A stretch of DNA of 64,000 nucleotides from Candidatus Latescibacterota bacterium (GTDB lineage: Bacteria; Latescibacterota; UBA2968; UBA8231). The translations under genes were made by a program, and so were the position numbers. Shown piece after piece: positions 38,450 to 48,035 of this stretch. A model generated the notes under the pieces. The model saw only the letters and a list, made by a program, of their open reading frames with translations. It ran no database searches and had not been told where the DNA came from. The stretch spans positions 4,160,001 through 4,224,000 of the forward strand of contig OY730476.1 of assembly GCA_963422735.1 (NCBI GenBank). The letters are read 5' to 3'. The stretch's first letter is position 1; each line of letters opens with the position of its first letter.

Positions 38450-39565
38450 ATGATGGCAACGGGTGGAACAGTTTTACAAACGGGCGACCCAGCAGCTGTC
38501 GGCATGTCGGCCGCACAACTCGAACGGGCCTTCGGCCTGCTCATGGCCGCTATCGAGGCGGGCCAGATCAGCGCGGCCTCGCTGACAGTAGCGCGGCACG
38601 GCCAAGAGGTCTTTGCACGCGGGGCCGGCCAGCGGAAACCTAACACGGGCCAGCTAGTCGATGCGGATTCGATCTTTCTCCTCGCGTCGATCACCAAGCC
38701 GGTCACAGCTTGCGCACTGATGATCCTCGTCGACCGCGGGCTGCTCTCGCTCGAAGACCCGGCCGCCTATTACCTGCCCGAGTTCACAGGCGGCGACCGG
38801 CCCGCGGTCAAGGTCCGCCACCTGCTGTCGCACATATCGGGTATGCCCGACATGCTGCCGGAGAACGTCAGCCTGCGGCGGGCGCACGAGCCGGTAGCGG
38901 TCTTTGTCGAGCGTACCATGCAGACGCCCCTGCTCTACAAACCGGCAACGGATTTCCGCTACCAAAGCAAGGGCATCCTGCTGGCGGCCGAGATCGTCGA
39001 GCGCGTCAGCGGCCAGCGGTTGCGCGATTTTGAACGCGAGGAAATTTTTGCGCCATTGGGCATGGAGCGCAGCGAGCTGGGCATAGGCGATTGGGCGATT
39101 GCAGATACCGTGTGGTGCGGGACAGACACCGAAGAGGACGAAGAGTTGCGGAGCTGGGGGTGGAATTCTCCGTACTGGCGCGATTTCGGAGCACCGTGGG
39201 GGGGGATGCATAGCACCGGACGCGATCTGGCGATCCTCTTGCAAACCATGCTCAACGGCGGCGCGTACGGCGATCGGCGCATCTTCAGCCCGGCTGCGGT
39301 CGCGGCAATGACGCGGGACCAAAACGGTGCGCTCGACGCGCCGTGGGGTCTTGGGTGGGGCGTGTGCGGAGCGCGGGTGTGGGCCTTTTGGGGCGATCTA
39401 GTGTCGCCGCACACGTTCGGCCACACCGGGGCGACCGGCACGGTGGCGTGGGCGGATGCAGAGCGCCAGCTAAGCTGCGTGGTGCTGACCAACCAGATGG
39501 TCGCCAATGGAAGCTTGTTGCGGCGAGTCTCCAACGCGGTATCAGCGGCCGTGGAGGAAAATTAG
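38450..39565 (+). CDS. Serine hydrolase, beta-lactamase class C-like
   Basis: ASITK (SxxK), LLSHISG, FRYQS and FGHTGATG. Confidence 0.9.
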   Translation: MMATGGTVLQTGDPAAVGMSAAQLERAFGLLMAAIEAGQISAASLTVARHGQEVFARGAGQRKPNTGQLVDADSIFLLASITKPVTACALMILVDRGLLSLEDPAAYYLPEFTGGDRPAVKVRHLLSHISGMPDMLPENVSLRRAHEPVAVFVERTMQTPLLYKPATDFRYQSKGILLAAEIVERVSGQRLRDFEREEIFAPLGMERSELGIGDWAIADTVWCGTDTEEDEELRSWGWNSPYWRDFGAPWGGMHSTGRDLAILLQTMLNGGAYGDRRIFSPAAVAAMTRDQNGALDAPWGLGWGVCGARVWAFWGDLVSPHTFGHTGATGTVAWADAERQLSCVVLTNQMVANGSLLRRVSNAVSAAVEEN

Positions 39566-39623
39566 TATCCAAATCCCCTCCGAGTCCTGTCAATCTTAAA
39601 AATTTAATTTTTTAATTTTATTA

Positions 39624-39651
39624 TTGATTTTTTAAATCATATAGCTATAAT
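39624..39651 (+). promoter_or_regulatory. Promoter of the DUF2089 operon within a very AT-rich patch
   Basis: TTGATT-16 bp-TATAAT with repeated AATTTAA boxes on either side. Confidence 0.6.
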
Positions 39652-39678
39652 TATGTCTAAATTTAACTCTTTGGAGGT

Positions 39679-40074
39679 ATGGTCATCAAAGACTGGAAAG
39701 AGCTGACCGATCTGACGAAAGGGGTGCGTATCGTGGTGGAGCGGGTTTCCCTGCCGGACAGCGACATCGCGATTGAAGGGCAGTTCGATCCGCCTGTTCT
39801 GGCGCGTCTTTCCGCCGAGGACCAAGTATTCGTAATGGCCTTCGTCCAGGTTCACGGCTCGATCAAGGAGATGGAGCGCGTATTTGGCATCAGCTATCCG
39901 ACGGTCAAGAACCGGCTGAATGCCATTGCCGCGCAGCTACAGTTCGTCGAGACGGTGCCTCGGACCACGGCATCGGCTAGCATCCCACGCTCAAATCCTC
40001 AATCGGCGGCAGTGCTCGACAGCCTACAGAGCGGCGAGATCGACGTCGAAGAGGCCGTGCGGAGGCTCTCCTAA
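39679..40074 (+). CDS. DUF2089 family HTH protein
   Basis: LSAEDQVFVMAFVQVHGSIKEMERVFGISYPTVKNRLN; C-terminal GEIDVEEA SHOCT-like helix. Confidence 0.88.
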   Translation: MVIKDWKELTDLTKGVRIVVERVSLPDSDIAIEGQFDPPVLARLSAEDQVFVMAFVQVHGSIKEMERVFGISYPTVKNRLNAIAAQLQFVETVPRTTASASIPRSNPQSAAVLDSLQSGEIDVEEAVRRLS

Positions 40075-40349
40075 TGCTGCCGCCGATGTTCCTGAGAGTA
40101 CGGGTCCAGGATGACAAGCGCCGTATTCGGCTGTGGATTCCGCTCATAGTGCTATGGCCGGTCATTGCCGTCGTGGTGCTTTTGGGGACGCCTATAGCAG
40201 TACTAGTAGCGGCGCGCTCGGAGCACCGCGCTTGGGGCCGTTCTGTCCTGCTGGCCGGACCCTTGCTTTTGTACGTGCTTGCCTCGTTGCGCGGCCTACG
40301 CTTCAACGTAGCCTCCGGCGAGGATCGCGTGTTCATTTCAATCGACTAG
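40074..40349 (+). CDS. Small membrane protein of the DUF2089 operon
   Basis: IRLWIPLIVLWP hydrophobic segment; TAATG coupling to the previous gene. Confidence 0.75.
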   Translation: MLPPMFLRVRVQDDKRRIRLWIPLIVLWPVIAVVVLLGTPIAVLVAARSEHRAWGRSVLLAGPLLLYVLASLRGLRFNVASGEDRVFISID

Positions 40350-40358
40350 GAGGCTGTG

Positions 40359-41396
40359 ATGACTCAAGAGCGACGCAGAGTTCTCGACATGCTCTCGGAG
40401 GGGCAGATCACCGTAGAGGAAGCCGAGCGTCTCTTGAAGGCACTGCAAGGCACCCACCGCAAGACTCCCGAGGAGCGCGAAGCGTCTCGGGCCGGGTCAG
40501 CGAACGATAAAGGTGCCGACGGGAAGAGCTTTGAAGCCTTTGATGAGTCCTTCGCGGAAGGTTTTGAAGCCTTAGAGAAGTCTTCCGCGGAAGGCTTTGG
40601 AGAGCCCGAAGAGCAACCCAAGACGGCCATGCGCGACGACACTTTCGCAGTGGGGGCCAACCCACGCCTCGTGGTGTGCGGATTCAATGGCCGCATCCGA
40701 GTCCATGCTGGCGAACCCGGCTCGATTCGCGTGCGGACGAGGCTGAAAAAACCGCACGGAGTTAAGTATAGCGCTGTACAGGAAGGCGACCTCGTCAAGA
40801 TCGAGGCCAAGCCGGATCGGCAGCCCGAGGGATTCCTGCCCGGACTCTCCCGCCAATCCTCCGGAGCAAACATAGAGGTGGTTGTGCCCGTCGCAACTAG
40901 CGTTGACTTGACGACTAGCAACGGGCCAGTGGAACTCCAAGGGACGGAAAACAGTGGGGTGGTGCAGACCAAGAACGGGCCCATAAGGGTCGAACAATTC
41001 AAGGGCGACCTAAACGCGACGAGCAAGAACGCCCCAATCGCGGTCAAGACGTTCTCAGGCTCGGCAGTGCTCGCCACCTCAAACAGACGCGTGTCCATCG
41101 AGGACGCACACGGCCACTTCGATGCGCAGACGACCAACGGGACGATAAAATTTCAGGGCAGTCTTGAGGCTAAAAGCCACAACAGGCTATCCACCTCGAA
41201 CGGCAACATCAAAGTAGCCCTAGACGCCGATCCGAGCCTCAAGCTAACGGCTGCGACGGTCAACGGGCGAGTCCTCTGCGGGGTGCCGGGCTTTGTCGCA
41301 GCGGTCGAGAAGCGCCACAAGCTCAAGGGAACGGTGGGCGCAGGCGAGGCCGAGCTAATCGCCAAGACCGTAAATGGCTCCATTGCGATTCAGTAG
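40359..41396 (+). CDS. SHOCT-like N-terminus plus DUF4097 beta-strand repeat protein (YvlB-like)
   Basis: ERRRVLDMLSEGQITVEEAERLL; repeated T(S/T)NG.I motifs. Confidence 0.85.
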   Translation: MTQERRRVLDMLSEGQITVEEAERLLKALQGTHRKTPEEREASRAGSANDKGADGKSFEAFDESFAEGFEALEKSSAEGFGEPEEQPKTAMRDDTFAVGANPRLVVCGFNGRIRVHAGEPGSIRVRTRLKKPHGVKYSAVQEGDLVKIEAKPDRQPEGFLPGLSRQSSGANIEVVVPVATSVDLTTSNGPVELQGTENSGVVQTKNGPIRVEQFKGDLNATSKNAPIAVKTFSGSAVLATSNRRVSIEDAHGHFDAQTTNGTIKFQGSLEAKSHNRLSTSNGNIKVALDADPSLKLTAATVNGRVLCGVPGFVAAVEKRHKLKGTVGAGEAELIAKTVNGSIAIQ

Positions 41397-41426
41397 CCAA
41401 ACGCAGCAACGAACAGGAGGCCAGCC

Positions 41427-41846
41427 ATGAACGAAAACAGCAGACGCGTACTTGAGATGCTAGCGGAGGGCAAGGTGTCGGTCGATGAAGCCGAGCGCTT
41501 GATCTGTCTCGTGGACGAGGAACCAGAGGCGACCGCAGCGGTGCAGCAGCTAGCGCCTCCCCGCCCGGGAACGGCCCGGTATCTAAGGGTTACCATCAGC
41601 TCAGACGGGGAGGAGCACGTCAATGTCCGAGTGCCACTGGCACTGATCAAGGCCGGAGTCAAGCTGCACACCCTACTCCCGGCGCAGGCAGCTACGGGGA
41701 TCAATACGGCTTTGCAGGACCACGGCATCGACGTTGACATTAACAGCCTACAAATCGAGGACCTCGATCCGCTCATAGACGCATTGAGCGAGATCGAGGT
41801 CAATATCCAAGACGGGGACGACAAGGTGCGGGTTTACTGTGAGTAG
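41427..41846 (+). CDS. SHOCT-like domain protein
   Basis: RRVLEMLAEGKVSVDEAERL..VNVRVPLAL..KVRVYCE. Confidence 0.8.
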   Translation: MNENSRRVLEMLAEGKVSVDEAERLICLVDEEPEATAAVQQLAPPRPGTARYLRVTISSDGEEHVNVRVPLALIKAGVKLHTLLPAQAATGINTALQDHGIDVDINSLQIEDLDPLIDALSEIEVNIQDGDDKVRVYCE

Positions 41847-41937
41847 CGGATGCGCGCAGTTTCCAGCACATCTACCACTACAGCCTGTCCAGCCTGCCCG
41901 AGTCGGATTTTCGCCCGCGCTTGGCCGACGACCGGGT
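41846..41937 (+). pseudogene. Internal fragment resembling a DUF5117-type zinc metalloprotease
   Basis: ADARSFQHIYHYSLSSLPESDFRPRLADDRV; the PRLADDRV motif was recognised from memory. Confidence 0.4.
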
Positions 41938-42329
41938 AGCACGGCTAGGAGGCAGCGGTCCTAGACTCGTATAGCCACGCCCATCTCGAAGAGACCAAGG
42001 CGCGGATTGAGGCCGGCTTGGAGCGGAGCCTGTAAGATGGGGGACCGTTCCGACGCTAATATGGGGATGCAGATGGGTGGATTGGGTGGATTGGGTGCGC
42101 TGCTATCGCCGCCGACAGGCGCTGAAGGCAGACGCCTTCTTGGTGCGGATGGATACAGACGCCGCGGTCCGACCGGCGCTAGAGACGATGGTGAGCCGGT
42201 TGTGCCTCCTGCTGGAAGGTGGAGTTGGCCTCGGGCCGGGCACGCGCTCAAGTTGCGCAGCACCTTGTACTGGTAAGCCGTCCTCCTCCAGCAGAAGCGA
42301 GTTTAGAAGAATGACCTAGAGGAAATAAC

Positions 42330-43172
42330 ATGTCCGAGACGCGCCTTAGCGAACAACAACTCAATTATTTCAATACCTTCGGCTATCTGTACTTCCCCGG
42401 TCTGATGGCCGATTGCATAGGCCGCATTACCGAGGAATTTGAGGCCGTGTGGGCCGCGCACGGCAGGGGGCACCACGGCAAACAACACGAAGGGCAAGCG
42501 CGTTCGTGCATTGTGCCCTTTCCCGACCAGAGCGAGTACTTGAGCAGCTTGCTCGACGATCCGCGTATCCACGATATTGCCGCCAGCATTTTGGGCGACG
42601 ATTTCAACTACACCAGCGGCGACGGCAATTTCTACGTCGGCGATACACGCTGGCATTCGGATGGGTACAACGGCGAGCGCATTCCCAGCATTAAGATTGC
42701 TTTTTACCTAGATCCGCTAACCAGAGACACGGGCGCGGTGCGCGTCATTCCGGGCAGTCACCGCTGCGGCGATGCCTATGCCGATAGCCTGCAAGAGGCT
42801 CTGCCCGATAGCGAAGCGGCTTGGGGTGTGGCACCCAACCAAGTGCCGTGCCAAGTAGTGGAGACTCAGCCGGGCGATATTGTGGTATTTTGGCACAATA
42901 CCAAACACGCCGCTTTCGGTGGCTCGCAGCGGCGACGCATGTACACGATGAATTTCTACGAACACGTGCCCGACGAGCGCCTAAAGGACTTTCAGAACGC
43001 GCTGGCCAACGAAGGGCGGTTCTGGATTGACCGCATCCACGGAGAGGCCATGTTGTGCACCGCAGGTCCAGAGCGCATAGTGCATTTGCAGCAGGTCATA
43101 GACAACGACTTCAAGGTCGCGGAGGTGCATCAGCGTCACCGCCGGGAAAACGCCGAACCATCGCGGGGGTGA
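42330..43172 (+). CDS. PhyH family dioxygenase
   Basis: FNTFGYL, WHSD, VIPGSH and PGDIVVFWHNTKH. Confidence 0.9.
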   Translation: MSETRLSEQQLNYFNTFGYLYFPGLMADCIGRITEEFEAVWAAHGRGHHGKQHEGQARSCIVPFPDQSEYLSSLLDDPRIHDIAASILGDDFNYTSGDGNFYVGDTRWHSDGYNGERIPSIKIAFYLDPLTRDTGAVRVIPGSHRCGDAYADSLQEALPDSEAAWGVAPNQVPCQVVETQPGDIVVFWHNTKHAAFGGSQRRRMYTMNFYEHVPDERLKDFQNALANEGRFWIDRIHGEAMLCTAGPERIVHLQQVIDNDFKVAEVHQRHRRENAEPSRG

Positions 43173-43367
43173 TTCACCCGGCCTGTCGCATGGGCAGCGA
43201 CGCGAAACATGGTGCTCATACCTCCTTTCCCCGAAGCTGAGTAGACAGGTAGTGTATTCATTTGAAATTCAAACGGATATACTACCCAACAGACGGCCCG
43301 AACTCGTCCGACCGGACTCCTACACATTGGAATCTCATCGCTATGTCCAGTTCTCGTGCATTTGTGG

Positions 43368-44100
43368 TCAGAAGCCGTAGTCGGACTTCAGCATTGACTC
43401 GTCCCTCCACCTCGGACTGCTCTGCTCGGCCTGCCGGATCCGCTTCGCCAGGCAGGAACAATTCTGGGCGAGCACCTCGAAGATGCGGTTGGCGACGATT
43501 CGGTGGCCGAGGTCGTTTTGGTGCACGCCGTCGTAGTGGACCATCCAAGGTGCTTCACCGCTCGCGGCCAGCAGATCGACGTACAGACAGTCGATTTCCG
43601 CCGCCACTTCGGCCGTGGCAGTGCTGAAGTTCCTGAACAGGGGCAGATCGGCGTGGCTCCAAGTCTTCCCCCCAACGGTGAAGTCAGTCGTGAAGTAAGG
43701 CCCGATCAACAAGATGAGCGGGTTCCCGCGTTGGCGCACGCGCCCCACGAGCAGGGCGAGGTCCTCGCGGAACTGGGCCAATGGCGTACCGCCCCGGGCG
43801 TCGTTGAGGCCGTAGGAGACCGCGAGCAGGTCCGGGTCGTGGGAGAGGACGTGTCTGTCGAGGCACTCGTCGGCCGCCGGCTTTCCGCTCTCCTCGTACG
43901 CCGGGCTGCGCCTTGGCATCGATCCCAGAGTTTACGACCCGCATAGGCATGGTCTGGAAGCCGTTGATGAGTGTGCCGAGGAGAGGCACCCAGCAGCGAT
44001 CTGGAGCGGTGCTCCAGCCGCCAGCAGTGGTGCTCTCGCCGAGGGCGACCATGCAGCGAAACTCCTCGGCGCACCAGTCCTTCTTCATCGTCTTCGTCAA
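43368..44100 (-). pseudogene. SGNH/GDSL hydrolase, frameshifted near 43920
   Basis: ALGESTTAG..VVNSGI in one frame; YGLND..DGVHQNDLGH in another. Confidence 0.78.
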
Positions 44101-44263
44101 AGAACTTGCGGGTTGAGCCTAGTCAGACATTGCCGAGAGTCACGGCGCATGCCGGAGGGATGGGCTAGCGGTATGCGCGTTCTGCATAAAAGGATAACGC
44201 CGCGTTGCCAACGGGCAAGGAGGAGGAGACACCCAGCGACCATGAGAAGAGGAGGTCATTGCC

Positions 44264-45049
44264 TCACAGCAGCTCCGGCCGGAACTCCACGGCGTTGAAG
44301 GCCTTTTTCCGGTCGCCATCGTCTTCCACCTCAAACTCGATGATCGTGCCGCGCACCCTGAGATGGGCAAAGTCCGCGTTGGACATCACCCCGCCTCTCG
44401 CCGTGCGCAGGTCGGTAATGTGCAAAAAAATATCCTCGCGTATGGTGTCCAGCCCCAAGTCGATCTGCGCGGTCAAGAACCCGTAACCCTTCTCCTCGTT
44501 GACCGCGTGTAGGATGCCGCGCAGGCGCTGAGTTGTATCGCGCTCAGGGAACAGAATGCCGGGCACTAAGTACCCAGAAAAATGGTAATCTACCTCTTGG
44601 CGCAGTTGGGTGCTGGTGTTCATAAAAGATAGTAGGTCGACTCGCTTGCCCCGGTTTTGCAGGGCGCGCACCAAGCGCACGAAGTCGCCATCGCCAGTGC
44701 CCAATAGCACGTAGTCCAAATTCTCCGACTGCAATAGGGCATCAATTGCCAGCTCTAGGTCGGCGTCGGCCTTGACGATGGTCTCGCCTTCTGACGTGAG
44801 ATAGCGCCGCACTTCCTTGAGTATCAGGTGGTAGCCCTCCCGCCGCGCTCGATTGCGATACGTTTCCCTCTTTTGGCGGTACTCTGCGTCCATGTTTTCG
44901 CGCTCGCGGTCAACGGCCATATAGGCATTGGCCCGCACTACGACCGCCTGCTGAGCCTCCACTAGGGCCTTGACCTGGCGAAAGCGGATGGCGTAGCCGC
45001 CGCAGCGGTTGAGATTCTCCATATCGAGAAATATGCCTGCTTTTAGCAC
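44264..45049 (-). CDS. NYN (LabA/DUF88) domain protein with a C-terminal cold-shock/OB domain
   Basis: IFLDMEN, KADADLELAID and GTGDGDFVRLV; then EEKGYGFL..DIFLHITDL. Confidence 0.88.
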   Translation of the reverse strand: MLKAGIFLDMENLNRCGGYAIRFRQVKALVEAQQAVVVRANAYMAVDRERENMDAEYRQKRETYRNRARREGYHLILKEVRRYLTSEGETIVKADADLELAIDALLQSENLDYVLLGTGDGDFVRLVRALQNRGKRVDLLSFMNTSTQLRQEVDYHFSGYLVPGILFPERDTTQRLRGILHAVNEEKGYGFLTAQIDLGLDTIREDIFLHITDLRTARGGVMSNADFAHLRVRGTIIEFEVEDDGDRKKAFNAVEFRPELL

Positions 45050-45087
45050 GTGTATCCTTAAAGTGATGAGAGGTAAGGAGCGACCCC

Positions 45088-45112
45088 GTAGGGCATCCCT
45101 CGTAGATGCCCT
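45088..45112 (+). repeat. GTAG-type REP-like palindrome
   Basis: GTAGGGCATC-cctcgta-GATGCCCT; a similar copy lies at 61719-61746. Confidence 0.55.
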
Positions 45113-45127
45113 AGAGGTGTCTCGTCT

Positions 45128-46204
45128 CTAGACGTGAAAAATGTACAAGTCGCGGGAAGGCAGCGGCAACTCTACCCAAGCGCCGCCTTGGCGGTGGCTT
45201 TCGGCTACGGCGATGGTGGCTTCTGTGATGTGGTGGGTCACGTCGATGTGGCCGCGCGTGGGTTGGCCGGATTCGCGCGCCGCTACCAAATCCTCCAAAC
45301 AGCACTGCGTCGTACTGCGCGGCGTCACCGGATCGACGGGCATTCCCTCCCACAAGGCGCTCCGTCCTTGCACGGCACCGGGCTGGCGCAGCAAAGCGTC
45401 GGCTCCGTTGTTGCACGAGCGGATCGCGCCCTCTGAGCCGATGACCTCGAATTCCCACGGGGCCGCTGGAATGGACCACGCCTCGACGCCGTTGGCAAAG
45501 CGCAATTGATAGGTGGCCAAGGGGTCGGCCGGAATGTGATTGCCCTCGACTTGCAAGCTGCGAGGCAACAGCTCGCCGCGCACAGCTTCAATCGCCGGGT
45601 CGCCGATGAGATAGGACACGGTGTCGATCGAATGGATGTGCCCGTGCATCAGGCTGGAGCTGGCGTAGTGAATCACGGTCCGGATTTCGCCGACCTGACC
45701 AGCGGCGACCGCGTCCTTGACCACCTCGTAGCGGTTGTCAAAGCGGCGCAGGACACCCGTGTTGAAAAGCGCGTTGTTGCGCTTTACGGCGTCGCGGATT
45801 TCGTCGGCGCGCTTCATGGAGCTAGCCATGGCCTTTTCGAGGTAGATCATCGGCACGCCCATATCGGCCACCGCCACCGCTAGATCGGCGTGCGAGTCGC
45901 CGCGGAAACTCGCGTCCGGGGCCTCTCTGGCGGGTTTGGGCAAACAGGCCGCTGTGCAGATGGCCACGAGCTCGGGCTCTTCGCGGCGGATCATGTCTCG
46001 GAAGTCCTCGTACACGGCGGCACCCCAGCGGCTTTGAAAGGCATCGCGCTTATCCGGCAAGATATCCGCTCCGGCCACAAGTTCCAGCCGCTCGCTTGCC
46101 TTGGTCGCGGCCGCTACCGAATAGGGCAAGTTGCCGTGCCCTTCGTCGTCGATGGTGCTGCCCATGCGCCCGAGGCCGATGATAGCTACGGTGTGCGCAT
46201 TCAT
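45128..46204 (-). CDS. Gfo/Idh/MocA family oxidoreductase
   Basis: VAIIGLGRMG and IYLEKAM. Confidence 0.88.
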   Translation of the reverse strand: MNAHTVAIIGLGRMGSTIDDEGHGNLPYSVAAATKASERLELVAGADILPDKRDAFQSRWGAAVYEDFRDMIRREEPELVAICTAACLPKPAREAPDASFRGDSHADLAVAVADMGVPMIYLEKAMASSMKRADEIRDAVKRNNALFNTGVLRRFDNRYEVVKDAVAAGQVGEIRTVIHYASSSLMHGHIHSIDTVSYLIGDPAIEAVRGELLPRSLQVEGNHIPADPLATYQLRFANGVEAWSIPAAPWEFEVIGSEGAIRSCNNGADALLRQPGAVQGRSALWEGMPVDPVTPRSTTQCCLEDLVAARESGQPTRGHIDVTHHITEATIAVAESHRQGGAWVELPLPSRDLYIFHV

Positions 46205-46414
46205 GGTGGTCCTCCTTTCTATACAGCAGACAACCTACTCATCCCACCAACACTTCGCCAGAGCCTCCCGCACAGCAACAAGTTTCGGCTCCTAGAACTG
46301 TAGCTTACCTTGACAGTCTATTAAGCTATCGACTCTTTTTACAGCCGCACGACGCCCAAGCGGTCAACTTGCATCCGCGTCGCCTTGGACGACGAGGACC
46401 AGACTGGAGACAGC

Positions 46415-47362
46415 ATGACACAAGCACACTTGCCCCGCCTAGGCCCGCGCAAGTTTCAAGACCCCGATGTCACCGCCAACGGAGAAGAGCGTGCTTGCGT
46501 AGCGTTGGCGCGGCTGGAGACTTTGTGGTTCAACACCGGTACTCTCTGCAACCTAGAGTGCGCCAGCTGCTACATGGAGTCGAGCCCGCGCAACGACCGC
46601 TTGGTGTACCTCACGGCCGCAGAGGTGGCGGCCTATCTCGACGAGATCGAGCGCGACCGGCTAGGTACGCACGAGATCGGCTTCACCGGCGGCGAGCCTT
46701 TTATGAATCCCGAGATGCTCGACATGCTCGAGGACGCACTGGAACGAGGCTTTGATAGCTTGGTGTTGACCAACGCCATGCGACCGATGATGAAGTGCGC
46801 CGACGGCCTGCTGCGGCTGCGCGAATCGCATGGCGTGCGGCTGACGATTCGCGTCTCCATCGACCACTACAAGCCAGAGCTACACGAGGAGGAGCGCGGC
46901 GGGCGCTCTTGGGCGCCGATGATCGAGGGCTTGCGCTGGCTTTCCGATTGTGGCTTCCGCTTAACAGCCGCTGGCCGCATGCTCTGGGGTGGCGAAGAAG
47001 GCGAGTTGCGCGCTGGCTTCGCCCGTCTTTTCGCCGACCTCGGCGTGTGCATTGACGCGGACGACCCCAGCCAACTCGTGCTCTTCCCAGAGATGGATCC
47101 CTCCGTTGACGTGCCCGAGATCACCACCGGCTGCTGGGACATCCTCAGCCAGTCGCCCGACGACATTATGTGTGCCTCATCGCGCATGGTCGTCAAGCGC
47201 AAGGGCGCGGATTCTCCGGTCGTACTCCCTTGCACGCTGCTGCCGTATGACGCGGCCTTTGAGATGGGCCGAACCCTAGCCGAATCTTGGGGTCTGGTAA
47301 AACTCAACCATCCGCACTGCGCTCAATTCTGCGTCCTCGGGGGCGCTAGCTGCTCAGCCTGA
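46415..47362 (+). CDS. Radical SAM protein
   Basis: CNLECASC (CxxxCxxC), FTGGEPF and LTNA; C-terminal HPHCAQFCVLGGASC. Confidence 0.9.
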   Translation: MTQAHLPRLGPRKFQDPDVTANGEERACVALARLETLWFNTGTLCNLECASCYMESSPRNDRLVYLTAAEVAAYLDEIERDRLGTHEIGFTGGEPFMNPEMLDMLEDALERGFDSLVLTNAMRPMMKCADGLLRLRESHGVRLTIRVSIDHYKPELHEEERGGRSWAPMIEGLRWLSDCGFRLTAAGRMLWGGEEGELRAGFARLFADLGVCIDADDPSQLVLFPEMDPSVDVPEITTGCWDILSQSPDDIMCASSRMVVKRKGADSPVVLPCTLLPYDAAFEMGRTLAESWGLVKLNHPHCAQFCVLGGASCSA

Positions 47363-48031
47363 TTAATCCAGCAACTCGATCTGCTGTTGTGCGCTCAGCC
47401 GCTGGGCACACAACAGCAGATCGCCGCGCTCTACCCTGATCTCGACCGGGTTGGCGACCACCTCGTTGGAGATGCCGTCGCGCACGCCCGGAATGAGGCT
47501 TTCGCACCGCAAGGGCCATTTTAATCCAAACGTCTCAATACCCTCGGCCGCGCCGTCGAGTGGGCACAGGGAAATTTTCTGGCCAAGGGCGGCGCGGAAG
47601 CGGATGCAGCGGTCGATGAGGCGGATGTCGCAGTAGTCGTCCACGAGGCGCAAGGCGAGGCGGTCGGCAAAAGTCTTGAGCAGACTCAAGTTGCCCAGCA
47701 GGTGATCGGTACGCCGTCCCGTAAAACCGAGAAGGATGGCTTGAGTAACGCCCAAGGCGGCAGCGTGGTTGAGGACCTTTTGACCATCCGTGCCCACATC
47801 GCCCTCGGGGTCAACGAGGATGACGCGGTCGGCGGCGAGGGCGGCCTTGCTTTGGCGGCTGACCGAGTCGAGGTCGCCGACGACGTAATCGGGCGCGTAC
47901 CCGTACGCCGAGGTGGTATTGGCTCCGCCATCGGCGCACAGAATCAGCTCGGCTTCCCGAGCGCAGGCGGCAAATAATGCTCGGGAAGGTGGCTCGCCGT
48001 TGCCGACGATCAGAGCAGACCGACCGCCCAC
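47363..48031 (-). CDS. thiN: Thiamine diphosphokinase
   Basis: CADGGAN, GDLDS, GRRTDHLLGN, GLKWPL and GISNE; downstream of a TPP riboswitch. Confidence 0.9.
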   Translation of the reverse strand: MGGRSALIVGNGEPPSRALFAACAREAELILCADGGANTTSAYGYAPDYVVGDLDSVSRQSKAALAADRVILVDPEGDVGTDGQKVLNHAAALGVTQAILLGFTGRRTDHLLGNLSLLKTFADRLALRLVDDYCDIRLIDRCIRFRAALGQKISLCPLDGAAEGIETFGLKWPLRCESLIPGVRDGISNEVVANPVEIRVERGDLLLCAQRLSAQQQIELLD

Positions 48032-48035
48032 GGCT

